From NCBI GenBank assembly GCA_051546255.1, contig CP128820.1, forward strand, positions 682,001-746,000: a stretch of 64,000 nucleotides of DNA. The letters are read 5' to 3'. Positions 10,754 to 24,707 of this stretch are shown here, one piece after another (the stretch's first letter is position 1; the number at the start of each line of letters is the position of its first letter). This DNA is from Meyerozyma guilliermondii. Taxonomy: Eukaryota. The translations under genes and the position numbers were made by a program. The notes beneath the pieces were generated by a model. That model was not told the DNA's origin. It saw only the letters and a program-made list of their open reading frames with translations, and searched no databases.

Positions 10754-10759
10754 ACGCGT
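10754..10759. promoter_or_regulatory. MCB element (ACGCGT) just upstream of DCD1
   Basis: Exact ACGCGT 6 bp upstream of the DCD1 ATG, in the DCD1/NCR1 divergent spacer. Consistent with G1/S control of a dNTP-metabolism gene. Confidence 0.45.
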
Positions 10760-10777
10760 TCGCACCGATTTCGCTAG

Positions 10778-14638
<3,861 letters not shown>

Positions 14639-14838
14639 AGCTGGCTCTTCTCATTTTTTGACGATAGTTTGCCGAGCCGCGCGTGCGCCGCGCGGCGCCG
14701 CGTAACCAGCCGCATCTCGAGGTACTGCTGGTTATTGTCCTGCACCCGATTTGTTGGTGAGTGACCAAACTTGGAAAAACCGTCAAGAGTTAAGACAACT
14801 AAAAATTTGGTTCTTGAATTTTTGAACTATCTACAACT

Positions 14839-17105
14839 ATGTCTTACGTACACACATTCAAATGGTAAGTATTCAACTGTTTAGGCATGCAATCAAAATA
14901 GTAGATTATTTTGCCTTATAATCCTTTTTTTTGAAAGGCGGAGAACCAATTTTAGGGAGTAAACTTTTGATTTTTTGGCACATTTTTGGGCTGATAAGTT
15001 GCGTGGAAGAGTTGTTTGTGCTTTAAGAGGGCTTACTATTATAAGGATTGCTTTATTGATGGAAAGAAATAGCTCAATATGTGGAAATTCATGGTTTGAG
15101 ATTGAGATGGGTTCGCTCTTTTCGCCACACTTTTGACACTGTCTTGTTCCTTCAAAGTTAGCAACCTCATTATGCTGTTGCAAGACCTTTTCAGTCTTCT
15201 AGAGATCAGGACTGGACTCAATTGAGTGCCGGTCCTCCTCTTCACATGAACCCGGCGCTTATCCCTAAACTGTCTCCCCACTTTTCGGTCTTTACTAACC
15301 ACAGGCCAAAAGGACCCGAAGAGGTCATTCTTACTGGTACATTCGACAACTGGTCCAAGTCGTTGTTTTTGGTAAAACAAGCCAATGGCAGCTTTGAATT
15401 GACTGTGCCATTGCCATCGTCCAGTGGTAAACTCCTCTACAAATACGTTGTGGATGGTGAATGGAAGTTGTCGCCAGACGACAGAATTGAGAAGGATGAG
15501 AGTGGTATCGAGAACAACGTTTTGGAAGAATCTGATTTTACTACTGCCTCGAAGGGTTCCGCTATTCCTGAGGCTGGTGGACTTGCGTACACCCCCGCTG
15601 CTCAAGGTGAGGCTAAGGCTACTGTTATGCCCACTTCTGAGCCCAAGCAGCACAGTGTTGCTGGAGAACCTGGTATTCATGTTCCCACCGACCCTGAAGC
15701 TTTGGCTGCGTTTTCTACTGTTCGTGATGTTGATGCCAAGGCATTGAACGAACGTGAGCTTACGCCTGAAGAAAAGAAGAAGCAGAAGAAGAAGGTGAAG
15801 AGAAGCCAGTACAAGGCCAAGAAGAAGAATAAGGCTGCTGCTGCTGGTGCGGTGAACAACGGCGAGGGAACTACCGAGGACACTTCCGAGTTCAATTCCA
15901 CCCCAGAGCCAGATGCTGCTACCAAGGCGGTTGAAGAAGAAACTGCCAAGGACAAGAAAGCTGAAGAAGTTCTCGGTGCTGCCGCAGTTGGCACTCTCAC
16001 AGCTGGTGCCGCTACTACTTTGGTTTCGCAGGTTCCTGTAGACGACGAAGCCACCAAGAGGGCATACACTGAGGACCCAGAAGCTGCACCAGTGTCTGAG
16101 TCTGTTGGCACTCAAACTGCCGCTGAGTCTGCTCCAGTGACTTCTGAATCAAAAGCTTCAGCTTCTGAGCCAATTGCTCCCGTTACTGCCAAGTCGGATG
16201 TAACTGGCTCGGAAGCTCCAGTTACCTCTGAAACTTCAGCTACTCCTATCGACGAGCCAGTCACTACAAAAGAAGAGCACAAGCCTTCTCACACCGGCGC
16301 TGCCTTGGGTGCTGGTGCACTTGGCGCTGGAGCTGGTGCGGCAGGAGTTACTGCTGCTTCTGAATCGTCAGCACCCGAAGTGTCTAAAGCACCAGAGGTA
16401 TCTAAAGATGTTTCAGCACCAATTTCTGGCCACAAGGATACCCCAGCGTCTGCTGCTGCTACCAAGGATACTTCTGTGACCGAGCCGGTTGCTGCTGCTG
16501 TCATCCCTGTGGAAGACAACTCCAAAGATCTTGCTGGCGGAAGCGCACTTTCACCAGTGAGCCCTCCTCAGGAAGTTCACACATTAGATCCAAAGGCCCA
16601 GGCCACTGACGCATCTCACCCAGCAGAGAAGGAGGTGGCAGCTTCACCCGTTGACAATTCCGATCTTCCAGCTGCTACCCCTGTCGCTGCCGCTGGTGCT
16701 CCTGAGCACATTGTCAAGGCTGAGCACATTGTCAAAGAAGTTACACCTGGTGAACCTAGCAAAGTCATTGAAGACGAAGAGATAGTGATTGCTCAAGGCA
16801 ACGGCAGCAAGAAGGAGATCGAAGCTGCTTTGGCGGGACAAAATGGAGATGTGACTCTCGAAGAAATCCAGCCTACCAAGTCTGAGGCTGAAAGATTGAA
16901 GGAGGAAGCTCACATATCCGAGACCACTTCTTCCAAGAGCAAGACTAAGCCTGCCACCACCGATGCAGCTGCTAGTTCCGGGTCTCCAGCCAAGAAGACT
17001 CCTGCCAAGACAACTCCAGCCGCCAAGACAAGTAGTAAGCCAACCAAGGAAGAAAAGAAGAAGAAGGGGGGCTTTTTGGCCAAGTTGAAGAAGATCTTCA
17101 ACTAG
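14839..17105 (+). CDS. CRP1: Crp1/Mdg1-family protein (N-terminal AMPK-beta-like CBM48, long Ala/Ser/Glu-rich tail); join(14839..14864,15305..17105)
   Basis: Exon 1 ATG TCT TAC GTA CAC ACA TTC AAA TG|GTAAGT splices to CAG|G CCA AAA GGA, giving [25 protein letters not shown]...YKYVVDGEW. Basic C-terminus KKKKGGFLAKLKKIFN. Confidence 0.82.
14865..15304 (+). other. Spliceosomal intron (440 nt) of the CRP1-like gene
   Basis: 5' GTAAGT, branch point TACTAAC at 15293-15299, 3' CAG at 15302-15304. Splicing restores the conserved FKW-P motif. Confidence 0.88.
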
Positions 17106-17289
17106 ACGTGCGGGGCCGTTCATGCCGTAATTGATACCCTGGTAATGAGTGGCGTATGTACTATTTAGGTAACTTGTGTTATAACAGTATTATGAAGTAA
17201 AAGCGGATCCAACCGATAAAGAAGGTGGATTCATGTATTCACATGTTGCAAGCCACTGCTTGACTGAATCATATAATGTCATATCAATA

Positions 17290-17410
17290 TATTTAGTATC
17301 ATATTCATATCATATCAATATGATTTAGAACATATTACTCCGTTTAGTATTTTTTAGTATCATATTAGTCCGTGTAGTATAATTTAGTATCATTAGTACT
17401 TATTAGTCTC
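17290..17410. repeat. Degenerate ~10-bp tandem repeat (TTAGTAT core)
   Basis: Seven consecutive 10-mers at 17341-17410 each contain TAGT, with further copies upstream. Confidence 0.6.
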
Positions 17411-17521
17411 TATTCTCACATTTTCTCATTTACAATATTTTGAAATTTCGCTCTTTTCTATAATTCCAGATTTCGTTTTCTCCTACAACTTCAAATCACT
17501 TTCGTCTATTATACATTACAT

Positions 17522-17743
17522 CTACCTGGCCTCAAACTGCACCATACGTCTTGTCCGGGACTTGTATATCACCCTATGACCGCATTCTTTACACCGTATA
17601 GCATCGCTCTTTCCCAAAGAAAACGAAGTAGCACATTGAGCACAGTTGTATTTGACCCCCAAGGACTTGTTGGTGACCTGACCGTGTGCAGCGTGTGAGA
17701 TGGACGCAGGGGCGGTGAAACCCTCTCTTTGTGGCGAAGACAT
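17522..17743 (-). CDS. RPC10: RNA polymerases I/II/III shared subunit ABC10-alpha (Rpb12)
   Basis: VKYNCAQC...[25 protein letters not shown] zinc ribbon. Confidence 0.96.
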   Translation of the reverse strand: MSSPQREGFTAPASISHAAHGQVTNKSLGVKYNCAQCATSFSLGKSDAIRCKECGHRVIYKSRTRRMVQFEAR

Positions 17744-17882
17744 CTGAACAGTTAATGAACAAGAAATTCAGTGATGAGAAATTGGTAAAAATTCGGGCTG
17801 TCTGCAGGAACGAGTATACGGTCTTGAGATTTACCGATGCCAACGGCGTGAATTTACTCGATTTGTGGGGCCGGAATGGGAG

Positions 17883-19733
17883 ATGAATAACATCAAGGAT
17901 GCGATAAGCAGAGTGAGCCGGTCCATGCGCATGGTGGAATACATGCGGGAGGATAAAGTGGGCTCGAAGTGGACCAAAAATGGGTCTACTGGAGCTGTAG
18001 AAAGCAAAGAAAATCGAATAATACGACCGCCTCAAACCAATTTGTCGAAGAAAGAGCTCCAAAAGAGGAAAAAGCACCTTAATGGGTACCAGCGTAAGGT
18101 GTTTCAGGATTTTTTGAAACCGGTAAACATTCCCAACCTCAAGATATTCGAGCCTGAACCTCGTCCTTTTGATGCTGATTTGGCAAAATCAAATTGGAAG
18201 GCTAAAACAAGCCAAAATAATGTTATGAGATATAACTCGTTCTTGGAAAACCGGATGGCTTTTACAAAGATGTTGGATTTGCTTGTGGAGCTCACACCGG
18301 CTCATCTATTGGAATCAGCCAACGACCAGGATTTGAGTCGAAACACTAAAAGTGAAAACCACCCAAAATCGCCTCGGTACTGGTTTACAGAATTACCACC
18401 AATGCCAGAACCGTTGACACTGGAAAGTTTTAAGGACTACATTTACTTTTTGACACATACTAAAGTGCTCTACAAGAATTCACTGTCGTTGATGAGTGGC
18501 CTAATTCCAGATATACTATTGTACACACACAAACCGACCAACACAAAGTACAAGCTGGTGCGTTCGACAGATACATACAACTACTTGATCAAGTACTTTG
18601 GGTTTGACAAAAATCAGAGCTCGTTTGCGCGAGAATTACTTTTGGTGATGAAACATGATGGCCATCAAATCAACATCGACACCATTAACAACTTGCTAAA
18701 GCTCTGCCTGATCCACGCCAACATCAGAACCACAACTAATACCCACCACATTGTCATTAAGTACCTCAGGTTGAGCAAAGAACTAGGAATTGAAATCAAC
18801 TTGAAAACATGGACTCGAGTCTACGATCTGATCAAAAACATATTTTTCAAGGAGATGTTTATTAGCAAGCTAGGCACCATTAATCTCCCCATACTACCGT
18901 CGCTTGGGCTTCGAATTTTAGAGGATTTCGGCGAAACCACCAAGAATACCGAAGATGTGATCACCTTCATCGAAAGCGATTTGCGCCTAAAAGACTGGCA
19001 ATCTCATGCCAGATTCAGCAACAAGGTTCTATTCCACAGAGCAAAGCATGTTGCTGAAGACCAACTTGATGACTTTTTCAACAAATTTTGCACGAATCAC
19101 ACCCAAGGCTGGGACGACCATTCTCCTCGTTATGTCTTGCAAGGTTTGCAACAGAACGCTAATATCGAAGAAAAGTTTTTGGTCATGCTTGGAGTGTACT
19201 GTCGGCTTGTCACGAGTGCGTCTGAAGAAGCACCAGAAGTATTTCAAAAAATTCTTCTGGTTCTCTTGTCCAACAAAGAACAATATGACTACGAACAATT
19301 GAGCCACATTTTACGCGGAGTGATCCACGATGCCACTACCAAGCTAGTACTACCCAGTGAAGTGGGGGATGGAAGCGGCAAGCCAGAATCGTACAAAATT
19401 TTGCGCCGGATGGTTGGGCTGCAAATGAACCAGTTTGAAGGTATTTTACAAGAAAGTGCCAGCAACCCTATTCCAATCCACGAGCCATTGAGTGGACCAG
19501 AAATAGACATGTGGCATGAATTAAGGAAGAAAATATGTCAAATTAGGATTTCTAGAGGCGAAATCGAAAAATTACTACAATTGGTCAAGAAGCCGCAACT
19601 TGCAGATGGGAAAAAATATCAGCATGTTCAACGGGGCAAGATCAACGATGCCCGGGCCAGACAGCGAGTGTCACGGCTCGAGATGGGATTGGAAGAGTAT
19701 GTGGAGCAAGAAATGAAAGTTCGGAACTTGTGA
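17883..19733 (+). CDS. AEP3: Mitochondrial pentatricopeptide-repeat protein, Aep3-like
   Basis: PPR-like segments (TYNYLIKYFG..ARELLLVMKHDG..NIDTINNLLK; INLKTWTRVY) and a size of ~615 aa. Orthology is recalled, not verified. Confidence 0.6.
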   Translation: MNNIKDAISRVSRSMRMVEYMREDKVGSKWTKNGSTGAVESKENRIIRPPQTNLSKKELQKRKKHLNGYQRKVFQDFLKPVNIPNLKIFEPEPRPFDADLAKSNWKAKTSQNNVMRYNSFLENRMAFTKMLDLLVELTPAHLLESANDQDLSRNTKSENHPKSPRYWFTELPPMPEPLTLESFKDYIYFLTHTKVLYKNSLSLMSGLIPDILLYTHKPTNTKYKLVRSTDTYNYLIKYFGFDKNQSSFARELLLVMKHDGHQINIDTINNLLKLCLIHANIRTTTNTHHIVIKYLRLSKELGIEINLKTWTRVYDLIKNIFFKEMFISKLGTINLPILPSLGLRILEDFGETTKNTEDVITFIESDLRLKDWQSHARFSNKVLFHRAKHVAEDQLDDFFNKFCTNHTQGWDDHSPRYVLQGLQQNANIEEKFLVMLGVYCRLVTSASEEAPEVFQKILLVLLSNKEQYDYEQLSHILRGVIHDATTKLVLPSEVGDGSGKPESYKILRRMVGLQMNQFEGILQESASNPIPIHEPLSGPEIDMWHELRKKICQIRISRGEIEKLLQLVKKPQLADGKKYQHVQRGKINDARARQRVSRLEMGLEEYVEQEMKVRNL

Positions 19734-20552
19734 CCGTTTTGACCAATCGGTCGGTTGGGTGCCTGGTTCTAGCGGGACCCTGCAGGAGAAGCCTCGGGCA
19801 CCTTCCGAAACCGGTGCGGTAATTGAAATAAGCAGCAACTACCGATTAGCGGCGTGCGCGGCGTGCAGGAAGAGGGCAGCATGGCGCATAGAAACCCCGA
19901 TATGGGATGGGCTTTGGGGCATCATCAAGATACAAATGGATACGAGAGATCGGAGCTTTTGAGATTTTTCTTCGGTGGTGATTTTCCAGTAAAAGTTTTG
20001 CAATTGTTGGTTGCGCAACAACTCGGATTTTTCGGTCCGCATTGCTCGGTTCAACTAGCCCATATTTCCAACAAGGCATCAAGATAGCCCAATTCGGCAA
20101 GTGGTGTTTAAACTATTGTAGTTGTGGAAGCACGAGGTTGTTATCTGAGACAACCGATTTAGTTGTATATAACCGCCCCATATCGAAAACATCATTTCTT
20201 TTCAACTTTGTAATTGGGGGCTGTTGGGTATTTTGCGGTGTGCATGGATCCCGGTTTTAACTTTGGTATTCATATTCTTGGCTTTTGAGTGCGTTTTTTT
20301 CCATTACATCAGTGCTCATTTTGTTGCTCGATTCTCAATTCGCTATTCAAGGCTAAAGAACATTTCACAAAACTACCCTATAAAGCCAAAAAGTGACCAC
20401 TACAACGTTATCACAACGTTACCACATCGTCACCATACCATACAACTTCATACCACCAATAATTTTTCATTTTCTGGCATCGCACTGCTATTTATAAATC
20501 ACCCCTGGCGACATCTCCTCCCCTAGTGGATAGCCGATTCCTTTCTGGCACG

Positions 20553-21959
20553 ATGAACCCGACGATATTGATGCTCCAGGTGTTGTTTCTCGTCGTGGGG
20601 GTTGTGGGAGATGGACTTACCCTTGCAAAGTGCTCTTCATCGAACGTTGCTGGAGGCTCTGGAACCTACTATCAATTCAATTCCAATGGAAAATGCCACG
20701 ATACTTGTGAAGGTTTTGGGTATACGGTGGCAATTGTCCAGGGATTCTACTGCTGGTGTGCCAACGAGGCGCCGGGCTCGACGGTTTCGTCGTCAAAATG
20801 TGACACATCATGTCCTGGATACCCTGCGGAGATGTGTGCGGGAAGCGGCTACTATGGATATATTTATATTGACGGAGAACCGAGCGAGACACAGCAAGAG
20901 ACAGAGACACAGAAACAAACTCAGCAACTGACCCAAACGCAGAAAACTCAACAACTGACACAGCAACTGACACAAGATCACCAGACAGAAACCGAGTCGC
21001 CATGGCCCGACGATGCATTTGAATCGGCGCTGAAATCACCAAGCACAACCAGTACTTCCACCACTTCAACCTCGCCAACTTCCACTTCCACTTCAAGTAC
21101 TACAAAACCTTCAACCCCCACCAGTTCCACTACTTCAACCCCCACCAGTTCCACTACTTCCTCCCCCACAAGTTCCTCCACGGAACGCCCACTCCGAGCA
21201 ACAACAGTCTACTCCATCAAAACCGTCAAAGGCGAACAAACAACCACCGTTTATACCCAATGGGCCACCGAGAGTGCTAATGAAACCAGCGGTTCGGCAA
21301 GTGGTTCGTCCAGTGGTTCAGCAACTGGCTCGGCCAGCGGCTCGAGTGGCCCCGCCAGTCTCTCAAACCGCCCGGCTAGCTCAACCGGCGCCGATAGCAG
21401 CTCTTCGGCTCCCAGCCAGAACAAGAGTTTTTTCGATTCCAAAGGAAAAGTTGCTGGAACTTTCACCGCCGTGGGCGTGGTGGTGGTGGGGCTTCTTGCG
21501 GGGCTTCTCTACTGCTGCTGCTGCCTTTCTCGCCGAAACGACGACGAGTCGTTTGACGAAGAAAACCAGTGGTCCAGCGACGACAATTCGTCCGCCAACG
21601 AGAAAGGGGTAGCATTCGCTCCTGCCACAGCCACGTCCAAGCATCTGTCGATGACCTCGACTCTGCCGCTCAAACGAGATAATTCCACTCACTCGATTCG
21701 GCTGCTTCTCAACCTGCCTCAAACCGCACTCTTGGCACGCAAACTGACGAAAAAGAAACTGGCGCCGAGAAGCAGACTGGACCTGACTGCCAGCAATCCC
21801 GGCACCCAGCTTCTGGGCGGCCTCATGTTCCCCATCACCGAGTTTGACTCGAGGCTAGACTCGCGAGCCATGTTCATGGCCCAGAACGAGTCGAAACAGA
21901 CGTTAGGCGACGAGAACGACTACTCACGCCGGATCCTCACGGTTACCAATCCAGAGTGA
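20553..21959 (+). CDS. WSC4: WSC-domain cell wall stress sensor, Wsc4-like
   Basis: Signal peptide, Cys-rich WSC domain (CWCAN, CDTSCPGYPAEMCAG), Ser/Thr stalk, one TM after GKVAGTF, and tail RLD...DYSRRILTVTNPE. Confidence 0.75.
   Translation: MNPTILMLQVLFLVVGVVGDGLTLAKCSSSNVAGGSGTYYQFNSNGKCHDTCEGFGYTVAIVQGFYCWCANEAPGSTVSSSKCDTSCPGYPAEMCAGSGYYGYIYIDGEPSETQQETETQKQTQQLTQTQKTQQLTQQLTQDHQTETESPWPDDAFESALKSPSTTSTSTTSTSPTSTSTSSTTKPSTPTSSTTSTPTSSTTSSPTSSSTERPLRATTVYSIKTVKGEQTTTVYTQWATESANETSGSASGSSSGSATGSASGSSGPASLSNRPASSTGADSSSSAPSQNKSFFDSKGKVAGTFTAVGVVVVGLLAGLLYCCCCLSRRNDDESFDEENQWSSDDNSSANEKGVAFAPATATSKHLSMTSTLPLKRDNSTHSIRLLLNLPQTALLARKLTKKKLAPRSRLDLTASNPGTQLLGGLMFPITEFDSRLDSRAMFMAQNESKQTLGDENDYSRRILTVTNPE
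21110..21180 (+). repeat. 24-bp coding tandem repeat (STPTSSTT) in the WSC stalk
   Basis: TTCAACCCCCACCAGTTCCACTAC twice plus one degenerate copy. Confidence 0.8.
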
Positions 21960-21990
21960 CCACTATCGTTAATTACGTCGCTATATAGTT

Positions 21991-22344
21991 TTATTGAGGT
22001 ACTTTGGACTGGTTTTTGTAGTGGGGCTGGTGCTCGTAAGCATTGGGTTTTGAATCCTCGGTGTCAGAGCCATCGCTCGACGAGTCACTTGAAGAACAAG
22101 ATTCACACGACGACCCGTCGTCAAACTGGCGCTGCGGATGGAAAATACAGCAAATTTTGGTCTTTTTCTTGTTCATATGCTCATTATCTACAGTGTCTTC
22201 TGTCCATCTGACCAGAGGTTTTTTCTTCAGTTTGCGCTTAGATGGTCTGAGATGAAGTATGGGAGACGCGCTGGTTTCTGTGGTGGTCTGGGTGACGCTG
22301 GAAGTGCCTTGTGGACGCATTTGTGATGAACCTTGTTGCGCCAT
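21991..22344 (-). CDS. YPI1: PP1 (Glc7) regulatory subunit, inhibitor-3
   Basis: [26 protein letters not shown] and [11 protein letters not shown] at 22344. Confidence 0.93.
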   Translation of the reverse strand: MAQQGSSQMRPQGTSSVTQTTTETSASPILHLRPSKRKLKKKPLVRWTEDTVDNEHMNKKKTKICCIFHPQRQFDDGSSCESCSSSDSSSDGSDTEDSKPNAYEHQPHYKNQSKVPQ

Positions 22345-22439
22345 AATATTAAGATTGAACCACTTGATTTGCCGCAACAAAATGTCAGCGCGCGCACGGA
22401 CACCACTTGAGTCCTCCACAACCAACCCAATCACAAATC

Positions 22440-22522
22440 CTCTCGGTGGCCAAGCTGGCTAAGGCGCGAGACTGTAACTTCTAGTAATCTTGAGATCGGG
22501 TGTTCGACTCACCCCCGGGAGA
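22440..22522 (+). tRNA. tRNA-Tyr(GTA) with 9-nt intron (22478-22486)
   Basis: Acceptor stem CTCTCGG/CCGGGAG-A, anticodon arm CGAGA-CT-GTA-A[cttctagta]A-TCTTG, T-loop GTTCGAC. Confidence 0.93.
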
Positions 22523-22530
22523 TTTGTTCT

Positions 22531-22603
22531 GCCTTTATGGCCAAGTTGGTAAGGCACCTCACTAGTAATGAGGAGATCGTCAGTTCGAATCTGGCTGAAG
22601 GCA
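22531..22603 (+). tRNA. tRNA-Thr(AGT)
   Basis: Acceptor GCCTTTA/TGAAGGC-A, anticodon arm CCTCA-CT-AGT-AA-TGAGG, GTTCGAATC, followed by a T7 terminator. Confidence 0.93.
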
Positions 22604-22796
22604 ATTTTTTTGGATGCTGTGCTTCACCACAGCTGACACAAAGCTACCTATCTTTTTAGCGAACATACACTACACTACTCCATCTATCTAACTCCCTACT
22701 CACCATTAACCATGCCACCCTCTTCTTAACCTCATTACCTCATCACCACACATGTCTGACATAGCCCTCCTGCATGTCGGCTCTGGCATACAGCAC

Positions 22797-22816
22797 CTTG
22801 GCACAATGTCTTGGCA
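22797..22816 (-). promoter_or_regulatory. Two Rim101/PacC-type sites (TGCCAAG) upstream of RIM101
   Basis: CTTGGCA at 22797-22803 and 22810-22816. Confidence 0.6.
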
Positions 22817-22997
22817 TCCGCAATAAAAGACTCCCGCTTTGCTCATCATTCGAAACGGCATTTTTTTAAACTTGGACGCTGCTATTACATTTTTTTAACC
22901 TGCTACCACTCCCAAATATTGATATCCACTCCTATAACTTCCAGGATACCGTAAAACTGTTTTATTAGTCCATTTCACTTTTCGCAGCAAACTGGCA

Positions 22998-24647
22998 ATG
23001 AACTACAATCTCCACCCAGTTTCGTATCTCAACGGAGATCGCATGGCAGAAGAAGCCGACGTGGACGGCATGTCACCCTCCGCTTCTTCGCAAGGTAATG
23101 ACTCTCCACAGTCGTCTTTCACGTCGCAATCGTCGGCAAACTCACCCATCCATCAAGGCAAAAATCACTCCACAAATATGACTTTTGAGCCACTTGATTT
23201 CTATCCCCACGACGCCAGTGGTGCTCAGCGTGGACACGGCGACACGTGGAAGCCATATCCGGCTGTAGAATTGCCAAACACCTCCCAAATTAACGGTTCT
23301 AGACCCGCTCCAAGCACTGCTCACGAACCGGCCACCGCCACCGAAAATGCCAACGAACACAACGAAAACGCCAAATCAAAGAAAACATACAGAAAAGTGC
23401 GCAGCGAGGACCTCCAAGGTCCATTCCAGTGCCGCTGGGAGGGCTGTAACGAAGTTTCCGAGACACCAGAATTGCTCTATGACCACCTCTGTGATGTCCA
23501 TGTGGGCCGCAAGTCGTCCAATAATCTCAGTCTTACTTGCCACTGGGAAAACTGCGGAATTTCCACCGTCAAAAGAGACCACATAACTTCACATCTTCGT
23601 GTCCATGTTCCACTTAAACCTTACCATTGTGATGTGTGTCCCAAGAGTTTCAAGCGTCCTCAAGATCTCAAAAAGCACCTGAAAATCCACTCCGAAGACC
23701 ACTCGCGTAACAAAAAGAGAGGCTCTCGTGACGACTCACCCATCCATTCTGCTGGCTCTTCGGTTCCTCCAATGTCCCAATACCCTGTTGCAAATTATAG
23801 CCACGGAAACATCCCACCATACGGTCCTATTCAAGGCTCCTACCCACAACCCACATCTGCATCTTACCTTGGGAACGACCCATCTCGCAAGAGAAGGGTG
23901 GACCAGAGTCAGATGGCAGGCTACATTTTGAACGACTTTTTCGGCAGTCAGCCCGACCAAAAGAAGATGCGCTATGGCGGTGAACCTCAGTATAATCTCG
24001 AGATGTTTGGTCGCCTCAATCTGCTTGAAGATCAGCTCGAGTTGAACCAAGGACACCAGCAATTTGGGGCTCCAGCACCTGGTCCTTCATTCAACAATGC
24101 TGCAAATCTTCAGGAAGCCGAACGGTTTTTCGGCTCCTTGTCCAACTCGATCGACTTACAGTATCAATCCATGCACGATGCACACCATCACCATCCCTCA
24201 CACCAAACCTCGGCGGTTCCACAACAATTGTACCCAAGCTTACCACAACCTAAAATGGACCCATACGCTAACCAATACGGATCGTACAACTATGGATTTC
24301 CACAGGTCAACAGACAGGTGGGTCAAAGCTACGGCGATGGTATGGTTTCCATGGAGTTTGGCGGAGTCAGCGCCCACCAAAAGTCAGGAAAGAAAAACGA
24401 CGGTACCGAAGAGGCTGTGGCATCGTTGGGCAAGCTTTCGCTCTCCGACTCAAAGTCTGAAACCAAATCCTCTGACTCGAAGAAACCAGCCGAGTTTGAT
24501 ATCGAGGACGTTCTCAAACATAAGGCGCTCGTTGACATGGTTGTAAGTTACTTGAGAGACTTGCGTGATGCTGAAGAAAAGAGCAATTCGGAAAACCAGC
24601 CAAAGGCATCCGAAAACAAGCTCTATCCCACCATCACTGCATTCTAA
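22998..24647 (+). CDS. RIM101: pH-response C2H2 zinc-finger transcription factor (PacC)
   Basis: Three fingers including [41 protein letters not shown] and [10 protein letters not shown]. YPxL/I Rim20-binding motifs LYPSLP and LYPTI. Confidence 0.96.
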   Translation: MNYNLHPVSYLNGDRMAEEADVDGMSPSASSQGNDSPQSSFTSQSSANSPIHQGKNHSTNMTFEPLDFYPHDASGAQRGHGDTWKPYPAVELPNTSQINGSRPAPSTAHEPATATENANEHNENAKSKKTYRKVRSEDLQGPFQCRWEGCNEVSETPELLYDHLCDVHVGRKSSNNLSLTCHWENCGISTVKRDHITSHLRVHVPLKPYHCDVCPKSFKRPQDLKKHLKIHSEDHSRNKKRGSRDDSPIHSAGSSVPPMSQYPVANYSHGNIPPYGPIQGSYPQPTSASYLGNDPSRKRRVDQSQMAGYILNDFFGSQPDQKKMRYGGEPQYNLEMFGRLNLLEDQLELNQGHQQFGAPAPGPSFNNAANLQEAERFFGSLSNSIDLQYQSMHDAHHHHPSHQTSAVPQQLYPSLPQPKMDPYANQYGSYNYGFPQVNRQVGQSYGDGMVSMEFGGVSAHQKSGKKNDGTEEAVASLGKLSLSDSKSETKSSDSKKPAEFDIEDVLKHKALVDMVVSYLRDLRDAEEKSNSENQPKASENKLYPTITAF

Positions 24648-24707
24648 TTTATGTGTTCATGTTCCATTTCTTTTGTTCTCATGTGTATTCTAAATATATT
24701 TACAAGG

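Noticed and set aside
14865..15304. TPP riboswitch in the long intron
   Set aside because: The conserved CTGAGA...ATACC...GATAA..CCAGCG elements are not present in order, and the host gene is unrelated to thiamine.
15039..16115. 358-aa minus-strand ORF, and similar antisense ORFs at 59090-60199 and 4640-5449
   Set aside because: They are antisense shadows of well-supported genes and show no recognisable domains.
19740..20050. GC-rich stretch after the AEP3-like gene as a possible structured ncRNA (RNase P/MRP, SRP)
   Set aside because: I found none of the diagnostic conserved motifs on either strand. It is more simply WSC4 promoter sequence.
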